64,000 nt of DNA from Longimicrobiales bacterium (GCA_965203485.1 OZ241892.1:320001-384000); one strand, 5' to 3'; counted from the first letter of the stretch, positions 45,922 through 59,473 are shown. Made by a program: numbers and translations. Notes: generated from the letters alone by a model not told the origin.

Positions 45922-48186
45922 GCCATGGTCCAGACCGCCTTCCTCCGCTCCATCAACATCCAGCTCGACGCCGGGCATCCCGAGCGCTTCGAGCACTTTC
46001 GACCAACGTCCAAGTCCGTGCGCTTGGTCTCGTCGCTGCTCCAAGGCGAGACGGGGAACGCGGTCTTCGTCGTTGCGCCGTACGGGTCCGGCAAGTCCGT
46101 CACGGCGGGATACGTAGGGCACTTGGTGGAAAACCGCCCCGAGGCCGCGGCGATGTTGCGCTTGGTCGAGGATCGGTTGGCGGGAATCGGCCCGGATCTG
46201 CGCAACCAAGTGGCGCGTAGGCGGACGGCGCCGCGACGGGGGCTGTTCGTCCCCCTCTACGGCCATGTGGACTCCGCGCCGGCCGCTCTGCGGAAGGGGT
46301 TGCTGGACGCGATGCGCCGAACGTCTTTGGGCAGGGAAGCGCGATCCGTCGCCGCGTTGGACGCGACGCGCGCCAACGACGTCCCCGCCCTGGTGAACGC
46401 ATGCCTCTGCAAGCTCGAACAAAGCGGACGGGATCGCTTGGTGATCGTTTGGGACGAGTTCGGACGCCACCTTCAAGGCTTGGTCTCGGAGGGCAGGCCG
46501 GAGGAGCTGGACGTGCTGCAGGCGTTGGCCGAGGTGGCCAGCCGCAGCGCCGGCGTTCCCGTGTCGCTCGTGCTGCTCCTGCACCGGTCCCTTCTCGGCT
46601 ACGCAACCGGATTGCCGCCGGGCTTGCGGCGAGAGTGGGCCAAGATCGAAGGCCGGTTCGAGACCCTCCAGTACGTGGACGACTCCACGGAGTTGTACGA
46701 ACTGGTGAGCTCGCTCGTTGCCGAGAACCGAGCCGTAGCAACGCCGAAAGCGGACTTCGCGCGCTTGGCGGCCGAAGCGAGAGACGCCGGGATGTTCCCG
46801 GACGTCGCCGAGGACCGCTTGGCCGGCATTCTGGCGGCGGCCCACCCGCTGTCCCCGGCAACGGTCTACCTGCTGCCTCGCGCAGCAGCCCGCGTCGCCC
46901 AGAACGAGCGCACTCTGTTCTCGTTTCTGCAGTGGGCGTCCTTGGACGCGCCGGTCTCGCCCGGAGCCTTGTACGACTACTTCCGAGGCGACTTCCGCAC
47001 GGACGGAGGCGCCGGCGGAACGCAACGCCCGTGGCTGGAGACCGAGAGCGCCTTGGGCAAGGTGGCGGACGGCTCGCTGGAGGCGGAAGCGCTCAAGAGC
47101 GCGTTTCTCCTGGGCCTGGGCCTGAGCGGGGAGCGGGGCCACGCAACCCGCAAGCAGCTGGCCTTCGCGTTGAAGGATGCTTGCGAAGAGACCGAATCCG
47201 GCGCGGACGGCGCAAGCCTCCCCGCTCTGCGTCTTGAGCCGGGGGTTGCTGGTGAAGATCAAGCGACGGGGCCCGGCCGCGCGGTCGACGAACTCGTGAA
47301 GCGGAACCTTCTCGTGCACCGGCGCCATTCGGACCAAGTCGTCGTTTGGCACGGGACCGACGTGGACTTGCGCGGCCGCTTGGAGGACGAGAAGAAGCGC
47401 CACGCGGGCGACTTCGATCTGGTCTCCTTCCTGGGGCGGGAGTTGCGCCCCCCCGTGTGGAGGCCCGTGGAATACAACGCAAGGCACGGAATAAGGCGCT
47501 ACTTGGAGGCCGAATACGCCACCTTCGCGGGGTTGGAGGCATTTTGGGATCGAATTCGGCTGGAGGGCTGGACGCCCGGGACGGACGGCCGCGTGCTGCA
47601 CGTGCTGCCGCAAGACGCGGACGAACTTGTCCAGGCCGAGGACATGGCCGCCGGCATCGGCGATCCGAGATTGTTCGTCGCGGTGGCGCGTGAAGTCTCG
47701 GCCCTCCGCAACGCCGCCGTCGATCTGTGGTGCCTGTTGCGGATGCACGCCGACCAGGACATGATTGGCGCCGATCCCATGATTGGCGCCGAACTCAACC
47801 ATCTCACCGACGACGCCCGAGCTGGGTTGCAGTCGCTTGCGGACCGTGTGCTGCGCCCCCAGCCCAACGGCAGCCGCTGGTTCCGCAAGGGCCGTCCGGT
47901 CGAGGCGGCCGACTTGCCGCAGTTGCGCCGGGCGCTGTCGCAAGCCATGGAGGAGGTGTTTGCCCTCACGCCCGAGATCGATTCGGAAATGGTGGTCCGG
48001 CGGTCGCCGTCGCCGGTGATCGTGAACGCCCGCAAGAAGGTCGAACTCGGCTTGTTGGAACGGTACGGCCGGGAGGACCTCGGCATCGAGGGCAACTCCG
48101 CCGACAAGGCGATCTTCAGGAGCGTGTTCCTGAGGACGGGTCTGTACTGCCCAAACGGCAACTCCGCCGGTTCCCCGCGCGCGGGC

Positions 48187-48290
48187 GAGACCTGCCAAAA
48201 TGGCAGAACTCGGGTCTCGGAGGCCGAAGAAACCTGCCAAAATGGCAGTATGCTGAGGGCCAGAAAAGACGAAACCTGCCAAAATGGCAG
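48187..48290. repeat. Three 20-bp repeats GARACCTGCCAAAATGGCAG at 42-bp period with different 22-bp spacers
   Basis: Copies at 48187, 48229 and 48271; core CTGCCA-AAA-TGGCAG is a perfect inverted repeat; degenerate fourth copy near 48147. Confidence 0.9.
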
Positions 48291-48659
48291 AACCTGGTTC
48301 CTGGCCGCTCCCGAGGACATGACCGGTCGTCCTGGCTTGAAGGCCGTCTGGGGTCGCGTCCGGGACTTCTTCGCGGAGCCCGGCAGGTCCAAGCCCTTCG
48401 GTGTTCTGCTCGACGAACTGAAGGAGCCGCCCTTCGGCGTGCGAGAAGGTCTCCTGCCGTTGCTTCTCGCCGCCGGCTTCCGAGCATTTCCCTCCGCAGC
48501 AACAATCCGCAAGGGCCGCGTGTTAGTGGACGACGTGTTGCCCTCGACGGTCGAGGACATCGCAAAGCACCCTGACCAATACGTCCTGGACGTAGTGGAC
48601 CTCGGGTCGGCCGAGAGGGCGTACCTGAACGCGTTGTCCGGTTTGTTCGGCATTACTTC

Positions 48660-48684
48660 GGGGGGGGGGGGGGGGGGGGGGGGG
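48660..48684 (+). repeat. G25 homopolymer inside sspC
   Basis: Direct count: 25 consecutive G. Confidence 0.95.
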
Positions 48685-49563
48685 AGAGGCCCCATTACGC
48701 GGTTGCATAGCGGGTCTCCGAGAGTGGAGCCAACGGCTTCCGCGTAGCGCCGCGACGTCGCGTTTCCTCTCGCAGGAGGCGCGGACATTTGCCAGGGAAC
48801 TCGAGTCGGCCGACGCCGTCGCATTCCTCTTGGACCACCTGCCGCGTCTCGCGGGCGGATCCGTCGGCTCGCCCGAGTTGCTGGACGGAATCGCAGGGAT
48901 CAAGTCCGAGCTCGAGCGCGTAGGCACGACATTTCGGGACGAGGCCGTCCGTGCACTGCGCGAGGCCCTCGTGGCGCGTGGCGTCGCCGACGGCTTCGGC
49001 GGGTTGCCGAGTTGCCCTGCCGTGCGTGACGACGACCGCGCCACCGGTTGCGTTGTACCCAGTGCAACCAAAATTAACAACGCCGACTCGCACCCACCGG
49101 CGGTGGCTTTCACGTCTTGCGCCAGCGCCAACGCGCGCGATCACGCCGCGGCCTGGGCGGCGTGCTTCCCCGAGTCCTTCGTTGCCCACCTCGCGGACCG
49201 AGTGGCCAAGGGGGTCCTGACCCTTCTCGCCAAGCCGCACGACGACGACGGCGCGCTCGCAAACGCCCTGTCCACGCTGTTGCTGGGCCTGCCGCTCCAT
49301 CAGTGGAACGACGCCTCTCCGTCTTCGTTCCGCCGACAGCTGCACAGCGTGCTCGAGACGATCGAGGGCGCCGCGTTCGATCTGGCCCGCCGTCGCGGCC
49401 CGGATTCCGAGATCAGATCCGGGCTGGCCAAGCTGGCCGACGCCCGAACGCGCCAACTGGCCTCCCGTCTCGCCGAGTTGCTCGGCCGCGAAGAGGCCGC
49501 GCGCACGCTGGAAGCGGTCGCGGCACGCTTGCACGCGTCGGCCGGCGTCACCGCAGGCCGCCC

Positions 49564-50364
49564 ATGACGACCACCGACCAAGCCGCCGCGCTCGGCGCCG
49601 ACGGCGGGCACCGTCACATCGTCAACGTCTCGGGCGGCAAGGACTCGGCCGCCCTCGCCCTGTTCATGCAGGACCGCTACCCCTCCTTGGCCGTCGAGTA
49701 CGTCTTCTGCGACACCGGTTGCGAGTTGCCCGAGACCTACCAGTACCTGACCCGCCTCGAAGCCGTCTTGGGACAGAAGATCGCGCGCCTGAACGCCCTC
49801 GACCTGCTCGGCATCGCCAAGAAGCCCGGCCGAAACCCGTTCGACATCTGGTTGCACGAGGTCTACGGCGGCTTCCTCCCCAGCCCGCGCGCCCGCTGGT
49901 GCACCCGCGTACTGAAGATCAAGCCGTTCGAACACCATGTCGGCGACGACAAGGCGTTCAGCTACATCGGCATCCGCGGCGACGAGCACCGCGAAGGCTA
50001 CGCCTCCTCCAAGCCCCCCGTCTTCTCCGAGCAGCCGAACATCGTCCCCGTCTACCCATTCAAGGACCACGCCTTGGGACTCAACGACATCCACATGATC
50101 CTGGAGACCTCGGGACTCGGCCTGCCGAGCTACTACGAGTGGCGCTCTCGCTCAGGCTGCTACTTCTGCTTCTACCAGCAGGTGGGCGAATGGCAGGGGC
50201 TCAAGGAACGCCATCCCGAATGGTTCGAGCGGGCGAAGGAATACGAGGCGGCTGGCTTCACGTGGGTGGACGGTCGGACCTTGGAGGACATCGCCGCGCA
50301 GCCGAAGCGAGAACCGATTTCGGCGGCGGATGGCGGCGGCGGATGCGCGATATGCCATCTGTGA
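49564..50364 (+). CDS. sspD: PAPS-reductase-family protein (SspD-like)
   Basis: PP-loop SGGKDS, DTGCELPETY, RWCTRVLK, RSRSGCYFCFYQQ, C-terminal CAICHL. Confidence 0.88.
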   Translation: MTTTDQAAALGADGGHRHIVNVSGGKDSAALALFMQDRYPSLAVEYVFCDTGCELPETYQYLTRLEAVLGQKIARLNALDLLGIAKKPGRNPFDIWLHEVYGGFLPSPRARWCTRVLKIKPFEHHVGDDKAFSYIGIRGDEHREGYASSKPPVFSEQPNIVPVYPFKDHALGLNDIHMILETSGLGLPSYYEWRSRSGCYFCFYQQVGEWQGLKERHPEWFERAKEYEAAGFTWVDGRTLEDIAAQPKREPISAADGGGGCAICHL

Positions 50365-50852
50365 CGCAGACCTTGCCGCGAGGATGGAGCCTGGATACCA
50401 AGCACTGGCGCATGCTCGCCGACAGCGATCTCGGCTGCGGTTGGAAGGTCGTACCCTTCGTCGAACAATGGCGAAGGGACCCGCCGGAGACATCTGGCGT
50501 GTACGTGATCAGCGGCTCTCCTCCGATTGAAGGACCGCTGTCGTCGTCCTGGTGTCCGCTCTATGTCGGGCAGACGCAGAATCTACGCGCCCGTTTCGCA
50601 GATCATCTGGGCAACAAGACGAACGTGCGCCGCATTCGCTTCTTTTCGTCTTTGAGATTTCACTTCTTTACGGTTCCCGGCGACACGCGCAGGCGCCGGA
50701 TCGTAGAACAACTACTCCTGGACGCCTTTGGCCCGGCTGCGAACGCAAGGCGATCTCTCGGCGTCACCGTCGGTCCAGAAATAAAGGGCATCGTCAAGCG
50801 TGGCCTTGCCTTAGCCAAGACAACATCCATCAAGAAAGCCGAATCGACATGA
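50361..50852 (+). CDS. Small GIY-YIG nuclease-family protein (163 aa)
   Basis: SGVYVI...LYVGQTQNLRARFADH...E...N; GTGA and ATGA overlaps with both neighbours. Confidence 0.8.
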   Translation: MTQTLPRGWSLDTKHWRMLADSDLGCGWKVVPFVEQWRRDPPETSGVYVISGSPPIEGPLSSSWCPLYVGQTQNLRARFADHLGNKTNVRRIRFFSSLRFHFFTVPGDTRRRRIVEQLLLDAFGPAANARRSLGVTVGPEIKGIVKRGLALAKTTSIKKAEST

Positions 50853-51325
50853 ATCTTTATCCTGCAATTCACGCGACGATGGGCAGCTGGACCTATTACA
50901 TCGTAAAGCTCACGATGAGAGAGGTACAGGAACACATAAAATTCGCTCATGACATCCACGATGATCACACTCTCGATGATGCGATTCAGCGCACCATCAA
51001 CGAATCCAGAGTAAAGAAGGAAATCGTCTCGTATTTGCAGCGCCAGCACGATCGGTTCTTTTCTTCTCTTGTCGTCGCAGCTCTTGAAGGAAACCCCATC
51101 TGGTATCCAATTTCTATCGCCGACGACGAAAAATTTGCGATCTTCAAGGACGATTCCCGTCTTGCTTCTGCGTTCGGCGTCCTTAAGTTCGACGGGATGT
51201 CGAGCGACAACCAAGATGAGACGGTAGCGGCAACCAAGATGAGACTGCCGGAGGCGGCCGTGATCTGAGGTCGAGGGATTCGGACGCGGGTTCGGTCCTG
51301 TCGTTCGGAGGCCGGCCGTCGGTGA

Positions 51326-53748
<2,423 letters not shown>

Positions 53749-55644
53749 CCGCCCGGCTGCCCGGCCCAACGCCCGCGCCGACGACCGACCACCTGATCGG
53801 CGCCCGGGCTCGCTTCCACAACCGCCTCCGACTCGCAACCCCGGCGCCGGCGCTCGTGCGGAAGTCCCATGAAACAACCCGAATTCAGGGGTATCCCAGG
53901 TCGGGTCCGTGCGAGACCTCGCGTTAGACGGCCAGCAGCGGCCTCGAATTCCGGCAAGACCAGCCAACTCTCCGCGATCAAGCGCTTTGGGTCGGACGGG
54001 TGCCTGCTCCAGGGCCTCACTTGCCCCATGCCCAACCCCCTCGTCTTGACCCGTTCCACCTCCGTTGCCATCGTTCCTGTCACGATCCTGGACGTCTCAT
54101 CCTGATTGTCGCCGGGGTCTTATCCTGATTGTCGCTCTACAACGGGACGCAAAAATATTATGCATTGGACGGCCAGCACCGCCTCTCGGCAATCAGAACG
54201 CTCCTCGATTCTTCGGGAGACGAATGGAAGAACGCGCCGAAGGACTTCGCCAACGAAGAAATCTCCGTAATCATAGTGATGCCACCACAGGGGGATTCGT
54301 CGAACGACTTCTTCAAGCGATATCGGCGATTGTTCGGCAACCTTAATCGATATGCCAAACCGACTTCCCACTTTACCAACATCGTGATGGACGAGGACGA
54401 CACATTTGCGATTCTCACGCGACGATTGATCACCGAGCATGACTTCTTCAAGGCAAAAGAGGTGCCATACAAGGATTCACCCCGAATCAAGATGAAAAAA
54501 GGAAAAAACGTTGTCGGCAGGAGTACCGTATTCACAAGCCTGGAGACGCTCTACGCGATGAATGAACATCTTCTCAAGTCGCCGACGCGGCTCAATGCGG
54601 GATGGACGGACCGGACCTTCAAGGCATTTCGTCCGGATGACGACGAGCTGGACGACCTCTTCGGAGAATTGCGAAGACTCTGGGATGCTCTACTCGCGGT
54701 GTTGCCTGGCTTGCGCATGGACCCCGTCGTCATGCGATGTCATTCCAAAGAAAGCGACAAAGACTGCCTCCACAAGACCGAGAACATTGAGTGCGACGAT
54801 TCCGCGCTCTTTTGGCCCGTCACGCAGGAAATTCTTGCGAAGATGGCCCGAAAGTTAGTTGATGAAGACAACGTGGACGTCGATGGGACGTCGAGCTTCG
54901 AGAAGCGCTTGGAGCCATTGGCCCGGATCAAGTGGTCTCTTTGGATGCCTCCGTGGCGCAATTTGATTTTGATTCAGGACGGCAGCGGGTCCTGGAAGAT
55001 GAGAAACGAGGAACGAGCGAAGGCGGTAGAGGTCGCCGAGCGCATTCTCCTGTGGCAGCTGGGCATTGCATCTCTCGACCGCGACGGCCTGAGGGATCTC
55101 CGGGATGCTTGGCAACAATACCTGTTGCCCGACTTGGCGCCGCATAGGAAGGACGACATGTGGGAGGAGATCGAGTCGGCTCGCGCCCTTGGGTGATCGG
55201 CTTCGGCGAATCAGTTGTCGTCACCGAACGCTCGGCGTCGCCGTGGCGCGATATCAAATGACTGGACCAGGAAGGTCGACGACAGGCGACGCCCTTCCCT
55301 CTCGAACATATATCCACGCACGGCGAGTGGTTGCCGTTGGCGATTGCGGGCGTCGGCATTTGGTCGCCTGCGAGCGGCGTGGGAACGCCGGACGCCTTAC
55401 GGTGTCGCCGACGGCGGTGGAACCGCATCGAGGTGTTGTTGCCGGACGGTTTGCGAAAGCAGTGGAATGGAGTAGCCGGGCTGACGGTTGGGTCGCCGAT
55501 CGCTTGGACGGAGGTCTGGAGTTGCCCCGGTATGGTGGACGGGCAAGGATCTTGGGTTCAGATGGTGCAATGTGAAACATGACTTTAGGAAGGACGGAGG
55601 CGCAAGGGCGCCGAACGGTCTCGTGTCGAGGGGGTCGGTGCACT

Positions 55645-56493
55645 TTACGCGACCGCACGCTTGCGCTCGAAGCCGGCGGGGGATTCGTAGCCGAGCGCCG
55701 AGTGTCGGCGCCGCGAGTTGTAGAAGCCTTCGATGAAGGCGAAGACGGCGCGCCGGGCTTCGGCCGGACTTGTGAACTGGCAACGGTCCAGCAACTCGCA
55801 TTCCAACGTGGCGAAGAAGCTCTCGCACATCGCGTTGTCGTAGGCGTCGCCCACCGAGCCCGTCGAGCGACGCACGCCGGCCTTCCTGCACCGCTCGCCG
55901 AACGCCCAGGACGTGTACTGCGACCCCTGGTCCGAGTGATGGATCACGGTCTCTGGACTGCGGTTCTCGACGGCCATGGCGAGCGCGCGCTCGACGAGTT
56001 CGCCGCGCAGGTGCGTCTCCATGGCCCAGCCGACGACGCGGCGGCTCCAGGCGTCGACGACGACCGCCAGGTAGAGCCATCCGGCCCCGGCCGGCACGTA
56101 CGTGATGTCGGCGACCCAGAGCTGGTCGGGGCCTTCGGCGCTGAAGTCGCGCTCGACCAAGTCCGGAGCCGGGCGCGCGTGGGCGTCGCGCACCGTCAGC
56201 GCCACCTTGCGGCGCCTGCGGCTCGCGCCTTCGATGCCCTCCTCGCGCATGAGGCGGGCGACGCGCTTCGGACCGACGCGCTCGCCCCAGGCCGCGAGAT
56301 CGGCGTGGATGCGCGGTCGCCCGTACGTCCGCCGGCTCGCTTCCCAGCTGCGGCGCACCAAGACGCGCAACGCGTCGTCGCGCAACGCGCTCGCCGATCG
56401 GGGACGCTTCAGCCATGCATAGAAGCCGCTCGGGGAGAGACCGAGGACGCGGCACATCGCGCGCACGGGAAACACGGCCCGGTGCGCTTTCAC
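55645..56493 (-). CDS. IS3 transposase OrfB
   Basis: Translation identical to 14354-15202. Confidence 0.95.
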   Translation of the reverse strand: MKAHRAVFPVRAMCRVLGLSPSGFYAWLKRPRSASALRDDALRVLVRRSWEASRRTYGRPRIHADLAAWGERVGPKRVARLMREEGIEGASRRRRKVALTVRDAHARPAPDLVERDFSAEGPDQLWVADITYVPAGAGWLYLAVVVDAWSRRVVGWAMETHLRGELVERALAMAVENRSPETVIHHSDQGSQYTSWAFGERCRKAGVRRSTGSVGDAYDNAMCESFFATLECELLDRCQFTSPAEARRAVFAFIEGFYNSRRRHSALGYESPAGFERKRAVA

Positions 56494-56804
56494 GAACTCG
56501 AACCCTCTCCGGGAATCGAGCCGCTCTCCCGAGCGAACCAGGCCGCGGCTTTTTTTAGAATGTCGCGCTCGAGGCGCAACTGCTTGTTCTCCCGCTTCAG
56601 GCGGCGCAACTCGTCCCGCTCGCGCGTCGTCGTCCCGTCGTCGCGACGGCCCTCGTCGAGATCGGCCTGCTCGACCCAGTTGCGGATCGTCGGCGCCGAC
56701 GGCTCGAACTCACGCGCCAGCGCCTCCGGCGACCGGCCCGAACGCGCCAGATCCACCATTCGCCGCCGGTACTCCAGCGGGTACTGCTTGCGTTTCTTCG
56801 GCAT
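56490..56804 (-). CDS. IS3 transposase OrfA
   Basis: Translation identical to 15199-15513. Confidence 0.95.
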   Translation of the reverse strand: MPKKRKQYPLEYRRRMVDLARSGRSPEALAREFEPSAPTIRNWVEQADLDEGRRDDGTTTRERDELRRLKRENKQLRLERDILKKAAAWFARESGSIPGEGSSS

Positions 56805-58297
56805 CGTGGACTCCTCCTCGTCCCGAAAGATTGAACGTGTCCACCATGCCGGGGCAACTCCAGGTCGTCTGGTTGAGATCAGGCTTCCGGCGATCCGCGA
56901 GGGCTGGTCAAGTTACGAGGGCAGGTCGACGGTCGGCAGAATCATCATGCCGATGTTGACAACCGATCGACGGCGGCTTCCACTGTATGCGTACCAAAGA
57001 GAAGGACTCCGCAGGCTCATACGATCTCCCCGGTTTCTGCTTGCCGACGACATGGGGCTCGGAAAGACCATCCAGGCCGTAGTGGGCGCAAAACGATTGT
57101 TGGAAAGGGGACTCGTGCGCAGAATCTTGGTTGTGGCCCCGGTATCCGTCTTGCGCAATTGGGCCGTCGAGTTCGGGCGGTGGGCGCCAGAAGCATGCGT
57201 TCGAATTGCCATGGGGGCGTCGGCGCATGTCGCCTTTGAGGACTGCTGGAAGAACACTCATGTAATGGTGACGAACTACGAACAAATGCGTACGCCCGCT
57301 GCTGCGGTCTTGGAGCATCCGCCGGGATTGTTAGTGTTGGATGAAGCCCACAAGGTGAAGAAGTGGCGGTCGCAGAGGACGGAAGGAATTAGGAGAATTG
57401 ACGCGCGTTGCATATGGGCGCTGACGGGAACGCCGCTCGAGAAGGGCGAATTGGACCTTATTGGACTCATGAGTCTCCTGTTGCCGTCGAAGTTCAGTTT
57501 GCTGGATCGCGATCTTCCTCCGTCGATGTTGCGGGCACGAATCGAACCGTACGTGTGTAGACGAGAGAAGGCTGATGTACTCCGCGACTTGCCGCCAATA
57601 CAATATAGGAAGGAGAGTATACAGCTAACACCGAGGCAACGAGAAGCATACCAGAAGCTTGAATCGGAGATGAACACTACGGACGAACCTCTCGCCGTCT
57701 TTAGTCGGCTTCGCGAAGCCTGCGACTATGATCGCGCGACCGGCGACAGCGCGAAGATCGAGCGAGCATCAGAGCTCTTGGAGCGGATGTGCAGTAGCAG
57801 TGGGGCGAAGGCCGTTGTGTTCTCATACTTGCTGAAGCCGCTTAGACTTCTTCGAGCACGCTTGGAGGACATGAAACTGCCGTTCTGCGGCATCTATGAT
57901 GGTAGCTTGGAGGCATCGGAACGCCAGGCGCTCCTTGACGAGTTCTCGGCGCTCGAAAACGGAGCATTGCTGGCGTCGATGAGGGCGGCGGGAGAGGGCT
58001 TGACGCTTGTGGAGGCGAATCATGTGGTGCTGATCAATCGATGGTGGAACCCTTCGGCGAACCAACAAGCGATAGATCGCGTCCATCGCATTGGGCAACG
58101 GAAGCCCGTGACCGTCCATTGGCTGGAGGCGGTGAACACCCTGGACGAACGTTTGACCAAGATGTTGGGGAACAAGGAAGAGCGTTTTGAAGAGGTGATC
58201 GGACGTCTTCGACAAGGGCTGGCGACGCCGAAGGGGAGTCAGCCGAAGGCTTGAGGGCCGCTTCGGTCCTTGCGATCCGCTGGGTCCGAGCGAGCCG

Positions 58298-59473
58298 TCA
58301 GCGACTTCTGGCCGCCTGGGCCAGGAAGTCGCGTCCGGTGGCGCAGTCGATAAGCAGGTCGGCAATCTCGGCGAAGCGCTCCGCATCGGCGCGGTCGTCC
58401 AGCAACGCGGCAAGCTGGTCGGCGGTCTTTGGACCGAACTTCCGATGGGTTACGCGCAGCAAGGTGGCCCGTCTGCCCTCCCGCCGTCCGGCGCTCTGAC
58501 CTTCCGCGCGGCCTTTCGTGCGGCCTTCTTCAAGGCCTTTCGCGCGGCCTTCTTCAAGGCCCTCCTCGAGGCCCTTGGTGCGAGCCTCTCGGCGCTCCTT
58601 CGCCCACCATGTCTCGTAAACGGGGTTCTTGAGGTCTTCCAGCTCGTTCAGTCGCGCCATGGTCTCCTCCTTGGCTCCTTCGTTGATCATCGAACTGCGC
58701 ACCCAGTCCAGCAACGGCCGCCGGGCCGGGCTGTCCGGGGGCAACAGGCTCTTGAGCGTCGCCAGCGCCTCTCTAAACTCGTTGCGGCTCTGGGCGTAGC
58801 GCAACTGCAGACCCGCCGTTCGGGGCGTGTCGGCCGCCGCCAGCGACCTCGCCTCCGTTGCCTCCGACACTAACAGGAACTGTTGCCCGAGAGCGAACGG
58901 CAGGAACGCCTCGGCTTCGGTGGCCAGCATGTCCTGCAGGCGGGTAGGCGCGGTCCACGGGTCTGTGCCGACGTGCACGACGATGGGTAGCACGGGCGGT
59001 AGCTTGCCCGCCTTGCGCACCTCCGGCTCGTTGCAGATCTGGTCGTAGGCCAGTGCGGCTTCGAGCAGCATGCGCACGGGCATGCGCCGGTCTACGGTGG
59101 ACTGGACCTCGAAGAGGAAGACGACATGGAGCCACGATTCGCGAAGGGGCACCTTCCAAACGAGGTCTGTGTGGCGAACGGTCCTGGACTTGGGATCGAT
59201 GTGTTCGGTCGGGGCCTTCCAGAGTCGGCGGAGATCGACGCCCAGGGTGGCTTCGTCCGGGACGATCTTGCCGAAGACGTGCTTGCGGAGAAACTCCTCG
59301 ACCATCCCCCTGTCGCTGTAGAGGCGCTTGGCGGCCTTGTCCTTCGGCTGATGGACCGCCTTGCGGTGCAGCTCGTCCGGACGGGGGGCATCGGCGGGGG
59401 GATCCTTCCGGGGTGGCTGTTGGCGAGGCGGCCCCCGCTTGGGGTCACGGTCTCGGGGGTCGGCGGGGACCAT
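58298..59473 (-). CDS. Rpn/YhgA-like (Transposase_31) PD-(D/E)xK nuclease
   Basis: TDLVWKV, LFEVQSTVDRRMPVRML, LPPVLPIV, C-terminal EGLEEGRAKG repeats. Confidence 0.85.
   Translation of the reverse strand: MVPADPRDRDPKRGPPRQQPPRKDPPADAPRPDELHRKAVHQPKDKAAKRLYSDRGMVEEFLRKHVFGKIVPDEATLGVDLRRLWKAPTEHIDPKSRTVRHTDLVWKVPLRESWLHVVFLFEVQSTVDRRMPVRMLLEAALAYDQICNEPEVRKAGKLPPVLPIVVHVGTDPWTAPTRLQDMLATEAEAFLPFALGQQFLLVSEATEARSLAAADTPRTAGLQLRYAQSRNEFREALATLKSLLPPDSPARRPLLDWVRSSMINEGAKEETMARLNELEDLKNPVYETWWAKERREARTKGLEEGLEEGRAKGLEEGRTKGRAEGQSAGRREGRRATLLRVTHRKFGPKTADQLAALLDDRADAERFAEIADLLIDCATGRDFLAQAARSR

Larger units (their letters stand above)
45925..49567 (+). pseudogene. sspC: Large P-loop ATPase (SspC-like), frameshifted at a G25 tract (ORFs 45925-48747 and 48830-49567)
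   Basis: Walker A APYGSGKS, Walker B VWDEFG, EWAKIEGRF, QNERTLFSFL, PPFGVREG. Removing one G gives a continuous ~1213-aa ORF ending in an ATGA overlap with sspD. Confidence 0.82.
55517..56862 (-). mobile_element. IS3-family insertion sequence, copy 2 (1346 bp)
   Basis: Same inverted repeats, length and predicted proteins as copy 1 (offset 41291 bp); 4-bp target duplication GGTC. Confidence 0.96.
55189..58254 (+). pseudogene. SNF2-family helicase/ATPase interrupted near its N-terminus by IS3
   Basis: LADDMGLGKT, LDEAH, ALTGTP, WWNP...QAIDRVHRIGQ. Removing the IS and one GGTC joins RLDGG|RLVEIR in frame. Start uncertain (TTG 55189 or ATG 55258). Confidence 0.82.

Noticed and set aside
48147..48290. 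CRISPR array
   Set aside because: Repeats (20 bp) and spacers (22 bp) are shorter than typical, there are only three good copies, they lie in frame inside a CDS, and there are no cas genes or leader. Kept as an unexplained repeat.
43778..50364. BREX type 4 call
   Set aside because: It shares DUF4007, ATPase and PAPS reductase genes, but no PglZ or BrxL is present in the locus.
55189..58254. DISARM call from SNF2 helicase plus methyltransferases
   Set aside because: No DrmA, DrmB or DrmC is recognisable, and the MTases lie tens of kb away in separate loci.
55579..58254. 891-aa novel fusion protein
   Set aside because: The N-terminal half is the antisense strand of IS3; only the part after 56862 is helicase.
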